Origin: the human T2T-CHM13v2.0 reference genome, Homo sapiens | Length of the DNA: 64,000 nucleotides | Strand: one strand, 5' to 3' | NCBI RefSeq assembly: GCF_009914755.1 | Contig: NC_060942.1 | Shown: positions 52,761 to 64,000 of the stretch, piece after piece | Layout of the letters: the number at the start of each line of letters is the position of its first letter | How positions within the stretch are numbered: position 1 is the first letter of the stretch | Position numbers and translations under genes: made by a program | The notes under the pieces: model-generated | Database searches by the model: none | What the model was told of the DNA's origin: nothing | The model's input: only the letters and a program-made list of their open reading frames with translations

Positions 52761-54331
52761 AGATGATGTTGGGTTGAGCAAAGCTAAACTTCATAGCATT
52801 TTTCAACCTTCTGAATGTGCCAACATTCTGGCTCCTCATTTACAAATCTACTCTCAGACGAGCCAAAGACAAGGATATTTGCATCCATATTCTGTTTGCT
52901 TCACCCAATTATTTTGTCCTATGTAGAGAGACATTACCGAGGATGAAAAACACCAGGGTCAAAAGCCAAAGTGGCCCAATGTATTTGAGTCTATTTTTTT
53001 TTCAATTAAGGGCCATCTGAATTACTACAGAAATTTTCTAAAACAAAAAAAGAATTTTGTTCTATAAAAATATTTTTTACTCTGTTTTGTGTATAGCCAC
53101 ATAACTTTACTGATCAAAGTAAATCATTCAAAAATATGAGTAAACACATTCTCTCTTCTGTGAATTACATCATTCAACAATATAGCATTACAATTTATTG
53201 ATAGAAAATTATCACTCATTTTAATGACTTTATAATTATTCTTATTTGATTACCCAAAGATAATATCACACATCTAAGACATTGAGACTGAAAGTAATAA
53301 TTGTATTCTTCATCATTTTCTTAAATGTTCTAATGACTTCCCGTTTCTACAATATCCATTTCAGTGATTTTCTTAACAACCATGTCCAACCTAAGGTTAG
53401 CCTCATTGCTGCTGTGGCAAATTGTCTTGCCAGTAGCTACTTGTATAATTATCTCCATTGACTCCTCATGGTTTTATGCACAATGTTTTGCCTAAGGGAT
53501 TCTTCCTTGAACGTTATGAGTTAAGTATACCTACTATAAAAACCATGGGATATCATTTAAACAGCTTTATGTAGACAGAAAAGGCAATCTTCCATCCTGG
53601 AAATAGACCCCAGGCTTCTTCCTATTAACGAATCTTACCGATTGATAGGGACAATTTGGAAAAGCATTCAGTGGGTTGTTGGGCAAATTCAGGATCTACA
53701 AAGCTTTCATCCCAGCATCCTGATGAATTGGGATGCTGATTGCCTCAGGGTGATGCCACTGCTTTCAGTTTGCCCTGAAAGTGAAATCACCATACATAAA
53801 TAGAGAGACTGCATTGTCCTGCCCAAATTATTTCTCGTTAGCTTTACTTTGTCAATGGCTTATTCCTTGGGCTTTAAAGTCACACAGACTCCAGTAAACA
53901 CCTCTCAATTGTGTGACACCCAAGGAAAGCAAACATCCTGGGTTTCATTCATTTTTAATACCATGGTGTACTAAGAACTGCTTCACTAAGGTAAATCAGA
54001 ATTTTGTTTCATGCATAATTAGAAAATCCAGGAATCTACATCAAAAGTAAATGAAATAATGTAACATGCTTTATGTGAAAATTTAGCCCTGTGCCAGGCA
54101 CACAATGAGCATGTGATTAATGGTAGCTGCCACTGTTATCTTTGATATTATCATCTCTTACAAAATCTTCTTAGAGACTGATTGTAGGAACTTCAAACCT
54201 ACATTAATCGATTCATCAATTAACAGATGTTTTATAGGAGCACAACTTGAGTAATTGCTAATTCAGTAGCTAGCCAAAAAATGTTATAATAACTTAGAGA
54301 GGTAGAGTTCACATAATGTAGATAAGATTCC

Positions 54332-54363
54332 ATACACACACACACACACATACACACACACAC
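54332..54363. repeat. (CA)n microsatellite
   Basis: Visible directly. Confidence 0.9.
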
Positions 54364-55663
54364 GGAGTAGCATTTAAGGCAGAATCTAAAGGATATTTCG
54401 ATTTTTCATAGGCAGCAAGAGTGTGTCTTCTGCCCATCCGTCCCCAAATTATATTTTGTTTTGAAAAATTTCAATCCTATAGAAATGGAAATAAGCAATA
54501 TCTATTTACTCTTGACCTAAATTCCTCACTGTCATTATTTTGCCATATTTTCTTTATTGTCAGTCTTTTTATTTTTGTCTTTTGACTGAATGATTTGGAA
54601 GTAAATTGTAGCTAACTTAACATTTGACCCCTTAATATTTCAGCATGCATCTCCAAAGACATCATCACAATATCATTATTCAACTCAAGGGTATTAAAAA
54701 CACTGCCATAATAGCATCTAGTGTACAATCCACCTTCAAATTTTCCCAACTGATACAAAACTGTTAACAGTTTTTACTTTTTGGCCCAGGAAACAATCAA
54801 TAAACAAGCACATAGTTGTTAAAAGAGTTATATGTTAAGTCCCAGATGATTCCCAAGCAGATAGAAGTTTTTAATACAGTTTTCTACACGTGGAAGTACG
54901 GGTGCTTCATTAATCCCTAAATTAATCATTTTGGGTAGTAAACAAATCCTCTTAGTTGACTTCTCATTTGATGGGACTTTCTGGAAAAATCAAGCAGAAA
55001 ATTAAAGCAATTACTCATACAGTTCACTTTCTAAAGAAAAAAATCATGTTAATTTTCTGATAATTGAAGAAATAAAGAGGTAAAAAGGCAGGAGGGGACA
55101 AATGATTGCTTTTCCTTTAATTATCTGCCTAATTGCTTTTATACTCCAAGATGCCTTGTTACTGACGATCTGGACTTAGCATTACACTGGGAATACAGGG
55201 GGCTCATAGGTGAATATTGTTTTTGTACATTCTGTCATTAATTTGAAATAGTTAGAAACATAGAGACACATTTCTTTGTTTGGCCTGCATTTTTGTTTAT
55301 AGCACATAGATTACACATCTTTGGAAATAAGTAGATTAAGTAATAATGTTCCGCAGCTGCTGAGTTATTAGCCAAATGTTCACCAAATGGGATCTCTCAT
55401 TAGGAATCGTGAACAGGTAATCTTTTTTGATAAATGAACTTATAATTCTCATATCCATTCTATAATACACAGATTTCTCCTTTTATATTGGTTTCTAATG
55501 TCTTGGCACATAGGATGGTATATTTGATTTCCACTTTTAACCGATGTGAAATCATTACTGACACTTGATTAAGCTGTTTTTCAAAGTGGCATGAGGACCC
55601 ACTAGGAATTAGATCATATGGGTAGAAATACTTTATGAATTTTATGCATTAAGATTCAGATTT

Positions 55664-55941
55664 TGGCCAGATGCTGAATAATCAAACCTATCATCTCAGC
55701 ACTTTGGGAGGCCAAAATGGGAGGACTGCTTGAAGCCAGGAGTTCAAGACCAGCCTGGGAAACAAAGCAAGACACTCGTCTACAAATTTTTGTTTTTAAT
55801 TAACCAGGCATGGTGATGCATACTTGTAGTCCCAGCTGCTCAGAGGACTGAGGTAGGAGAATTTCTTGGGCCCAGGACTTCAAGGCAGCAGTGAGCTATG
55901 ATTGCACTGCTGTACTCCAGCCCAGTCAACAGAAAGAGAAA
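55664..55941 (+). mobile_element. AluJ, degenerate
   Basis: ggccaaaatgggaggactgcttgaagccaggagttcaagaccagcctggg...gtgagctatgattg. Confidence 0.82.
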
Positions 55942-56349
55942 AGACTTAACATATTTTTCTAGTTTTAACTTCAAAGGAAAGTCACATCTTCCAATGAATA
56001 GTTTGATAGCGTCACCATTATGAAAACCCAGATGATAACTGTTCTCCACATAAAAATAGTTCATATGTCCTTATTTAACCAAAGCTGCTGAATAGAAGTT
56101 AAAATTAAGTTAAAAATGAAAACGGGTGAAAGCATTCATGTTTTTCCTGACTCTGAGCTAGATTGTTTCAGGATCTAAACTGCTCCCTGCTAGCAATTCA
56201 GGCACTTTGGGAGAGTGCAATCTTTTTCTTGATAAACTGAGAGAATTCCAATATCTTCCTTCATTGCAACTAGAAAAAACGCACATCATTTAGAGGAGTT
56301 AATCAATACACCTGCAGCATCTTCATTTGTTTTCATCATTAAAACACTA

Positions 56350-56643
56350 TTGAAATTGGAAACCTCATACATTGCTGGTGGGAATGTAATGGTGCAGATG
56401 CTCTGGAAAATGGTCTGGCAGTTCTTAAAAAGATCTAACATACAGCTAACATATCACCCAGCCATTCCACTCCTAGGGATAGTCTCAAGAGAAGTAAAAA
56501 CATATGTCCCCACAAAAACCTGTATGATCATTCAAAGCAGCATTTCTCTTATTAGCCAAAAATGTAAACAACTCAAGTGTCCATTAACTGACAAATGGAT
56601 AAATGTGATTTTAAAAATCCATACAATGGAATATTATTCAGCA
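56350..56643 (+). mobile_element. L1MB-type ORF2 C-terminal fragment
   Basis: ORF 56350..56712: WQFLKR...YHPAIPLLGI...KCPLTDKWIN...HTMEYYSA. Confidence 0.82.
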
Positions 56644-57906
56644 TATGTTCCATGTCCATCATACACAGAAGCTAGAGCTTCTACTCCAAACGTCCTCGTG
56701 GTGGGACACTAGCTGATGGTATCTTAAATATGATCTCCATTGCAGAGACCCCCCATGGGTCTGATACCAGCAATTAATGTTCAGGTTTTTATAGCATAGG
56801 GTAAGAACAATTCTTGATGAAACCAAGTGATACTATTTTATTGTCCCATAACTAGCATCCTTCAAATGACCAAGATACACAAGAACCCTAGTCAAAATTC
56901 AACTATGGAGTTCTTGGTAACATTTTGTGATTTTATCCCTGAGTTTGTTCAACAGAGTGTTACATCGTCAGGAAGAGTTGTGAACAATACTTACATTCGA
57001 GGGTAAAAGATAAAAGATCTAAGGTAATTGATACTATAAAAGTACAAAGTACCCACTGACGTGTAAAAGCAAATTCAACTGCTTGGCCACTTACTGTAAT
57101 TACTATTCATAAGTTCTTCTAATTGATTGGAGCTGAACATATGGGTTTTTATTAATACTTTTAACTTTTGCCTTTTTTAAAGAGAATAATTCAAAAGATC
57201 CCTTTTCTATGGTTCTACATCCTTAGAAGATTATTTTCTTGAGTCACTTGGCTATTAGTCTTATTTCTCAGCAAGCAGGCTTGTCAGTTCCATGTTTCTA
57301 AAGCTATTTAATTTAAAAAGCAGTATAATTCTGTCCTTGAGTATCAAGTTGAAACTCAGTTTATTAAATGCCCCTGAAAATTATAATATAAGCCAGGCTG
57401 AAGACAAGTGAAGGCTACCTACTCTGAAGATAAAACATATTTACTTTAAAATGCTATATTGGATATCTCAATAACTTTAAAACACAAGTGTTTCATGACC
57501 CACCAATTACACTTTTAGGAATTTTATCTCAAAGAAATAATCTGTGAGATGAGAAATGATTTTTGTGTAAGAATATTCAAGCTAGTGATACCTATATTGA
57601 AAAAATAAGAAACTACTAAAATGCTCATCAAAAGGAGATTAATTAAATAAATTAACCTATAGTATATAGAAAATATCCTTGCCAAAAATGGTATTGTAGA
57701 AAAATACTTAATGACATGGAAAAGTGAAGAAAGGAGCTTAAAAAACAGTATCGTAATATTGCCTTAATTTTACATGAAATCATTCATTTACTTATTCAAG
57801 AGTGTTTATTGAATTCCAGCTATATGAAATTTAATCTGATGGGCCCTGGGATAAAATGCAGACAGTATGGGAAAAATAGACTGATACAGATCAGATGTCA
57901 AAGTTA

Positions 57907-58282
57907 TTATATGGTGGCTGTGTCCTCACCCAAATCTCATCTTGAATTGTAGTTCCCATAATCCCCAATTGTCGTGGGAGGGACCTAGTGGGAGGTAATT
58001 GAATCATGGGGGCAGTTTCCCCCATGCTATTCTCACGATAGTGAGTAAGTTCTCATGAGATCTGATGGTTTTATCAGAGGCTTTTTCCGTCGCTTGGCTC
58101 TCATTCTTCTCTCTCCTGCCACCATGTGAAGAAGGACATGTTTGCTTCCCCTTCTGCCATGACTGTATGTTTCATGAGGCCTCCCCAGCCCTACTGAACT
58201 GCTAGTCAATTCAACCTCTTCCCTTTATAAATTACCCAGTCTCAGGTATGTCCTTATAGCAGTGTGAGAATGAGCTAATACA
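57907..58282 (+). mobile_element. THE1C/D solo LTR
   Basis: atatggtggctgtgtcctcacccaaatctcatcttgaattgtag...ttatagcagtgtgagaatgagctaataca. Confidence 0.9.
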
Positions 58283-58554
58283 GTCACCATTAATGGTTAA
58301 CTCAACCCAGGTTTCTAGAGTGTTAGGAGTGTATTATTCCCACAGGTTTATTTGCAAGGATTTCTCCACACCAATGCCAAGTTCTCATTGGATGGTAGGA
58401 CTTCTTATGTCACAGCTAGCACCAAGAAAGAAATGGAAGAGCAAATGATAGCCCCCTCCCCTCCAATTTCAAGCAGAAGCTGGAGAGAAAGGAAAGGATG
58501 AGATTAGAGCTTAACTAGAAGGAAAAATTCCTGTAACTTTAAGGAAATCAGCCT

Positions 58555-58730
58555 TGTTTTGTAGCAGGCCCTATTCTAATTGCTTTACAAGTATTAATTC
58601 ATCTAACTCATAACAACTCTATCAGACAGAGGGAATTGAGGCACAGAGAGATGTAATCAATTTTCCAGAGGTCACACAACTTAAAGTGGCAGGCTAGCTA
58701 GCTCTTGGGTTCATGATATAAACCACTACA
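58555..58730 (-). mobile_element. MIR
   Basis: gctttacaagtattaattcatctaactcataacaactct...gaggcacagagag...ggtcacaca. Confidence 0.7.
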
Positions 58731-59521
58731 TGGTACTACATGGTACAACCTTTCTACATGTTAAGAACTGAAGAAGGAGATTTGAGAGTGTTGTTGAAAT
58801 GATTGTAAATGGAAAAGTAAATAAATAAAACTATTTAATGACTGGACATCTAGCAAGTTCAGACTAATCTGACTGGAAATGTGCACATATAAGCAAATGA
58901 TAATGCATGCAAATATACACATAAAATTATTAGAGGATGTTCACCCAAATATTAACAGCAATTATTGCTGTGAGACAGGATTATGATTGTTAGTTTTTCT
59001 TTGTATATTTCAGTATTTCCCCCCAAATTTTCTACCATGAATAAATATAATACTTTTATATACTAATTAGTAGAAATACAATAAAAGCTCATATAAATAA
59101 TCACAAGTTAAATCTAAATTAAAACATACCATTTACCACCTAATTGCTTTTTCTGTTTATAATTCAAGTACGAGAATTTAATGAAGTTAGCACATTCTTA
59201 GGAATTCTATTTACAATCAGTAAAGGAGATAGAGAGTAGAGAAAAAGAAATGACTACCAGCAAATTCCATGACGTAAAGTTCATGCTTTTCTTTTTTTTT
59301 AATTTTTATTTTATTATTATTATTCTTTAAGTTTTAGGGTACATGTGCACAATGTGCAGGTTAGTTACATATGTATACATGTGCCATGCTGGTGTGCTGC
59401 ACCCATTAACTCGTCATTTAGCATTAGATATATCGCCTAATGCTATCCCTCCCCCTCCCCCCACCCCACAACAGTCCCCAGAGTGTGATGTTCCCCTCCT
59501 GTGTCCATGTGTTCTCATTGT

Positions 59522-63322
<3,801 letters not shown>

Positions 63323-63384
63323 TATGATGTTAGCTGGTTATTTTGCTCATTAGTTGATGAAATTTCTTCCCAGCCTCAATGGTC

Positions 63385-64000
63385 TTTACAATTTGGCATG
63401 ATTTTGCAGTGGCTGGTACCGGTTGTTCCTTTCCATGTTTAGTGCTTCCTTCAGGAACTCTTTTAGGGCAGGCCTGGTGGTGACAAAATCTCTCAGCATT
63501 TGCTTGTCTGTAAAGTATTTTATTTCTCTTCACTTATGAAGCCCAGTTTGGCTGGATATGAAATTCTGGGTTGAAAATTCTTTTCTTTAAGAATGTTGAA
63601 TATTGGCCCCCACTCTCTTCTGGCTTGTAGAGTTTCTGCCAAGAGATCCGCTGTTAGTCTGAGGGGCTTCCCTTTGTGGGTAACCCGACCTTTCTCTCTG
63701 GCTGCCCTTAACATTTTTTCCTTCATTTCTACTTTGGTGAATCTGACAATTATGATTCTTGGAGTTGCTCTTCTCAAGGAGTATCTTTGTGGCGTTCTCT
63801 GTATTTCCTGAATCTGAATGTTGGCCTGCCTTGCTAGATTGGGGAAGTTCTCCTGGATAATATCCTGCAGAGTGTTTTCCAACTTGATTCCATTCTCCCC
63901 GTCACTTTCAGGTACACCAATCAGATGTAGATTTGGTCTTTTCACATAGTCCCATATTTCTTAGAGGCTTTGTTCATTTTCTTTTTATTCTTTTTTCTCT
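63385..64000 (-). pseudogene. L1 ORF1p C-terminal half, frameshifted near 63520
   Basis: KRPNLHLIGVPESDGENG...ARREWGPIFNILKEKNFQPRISYPAKL. Confidence 0.93.

Noticed and set aside
53708-53788. 8-bp hairpin (cagcatcc/ggatgctg) and isolated GAAAGTGAAAT IRF-like motif
   Set aside because: Both are short enough to be expected by chance in 64 kb; no supporting cluster.

Overview
Repeat-rich primate genomic DNA. AluY and young L1PA elements suggest a catarrhine, probably hominoid, source. No intact host protein-coding gene, RNA gene or CRISPR array can be supported; every recognisable long ORF is a transposable-element remnant. From left to right: a doubly deleted HERV-K(HML-5)/HERVK22 provirus on the minus strand with its LTR22-type 5' LTR and Met-tRNA PBS (1-2553, continuing off the left edge); an L1PB 3' end interleaved with two LTR-less, out-of-order ERV1 internal fragments and a recent 241-bp duplication (4.7-7.1 kb); many MaLR LTRs (MLT1, MST, THE1), MLT2A, L2, MIR, about 15 Alus, and Tigger, MER47 and Charlie1 DNA-transposon remnants; several L1s with 5' inversions; and a disrupted L1PA3-like element running off the right edge (59.3-64 kb). 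I did not find a new multi-gene system. The most unusual signals are local templated-insertion or template-switch scars: a 33-bp-stem hairpin whose loop is copied from 1.8 kb away (44.2 kb), a copied LTR-flank junction inside a 43-bp target duplication (48.6 kb), an iterated direct/inverted scar (39.1 kb), and the scrambled L1/ERV chimera. There is also an ISRE cluster just upstream of the HML-5 LTR and two exon-like segments. Repeat subfamily names come from my recall of consensus sequences and need RepeatMasker/Dfam confirmation. Boundaries of old repeats are approximate.
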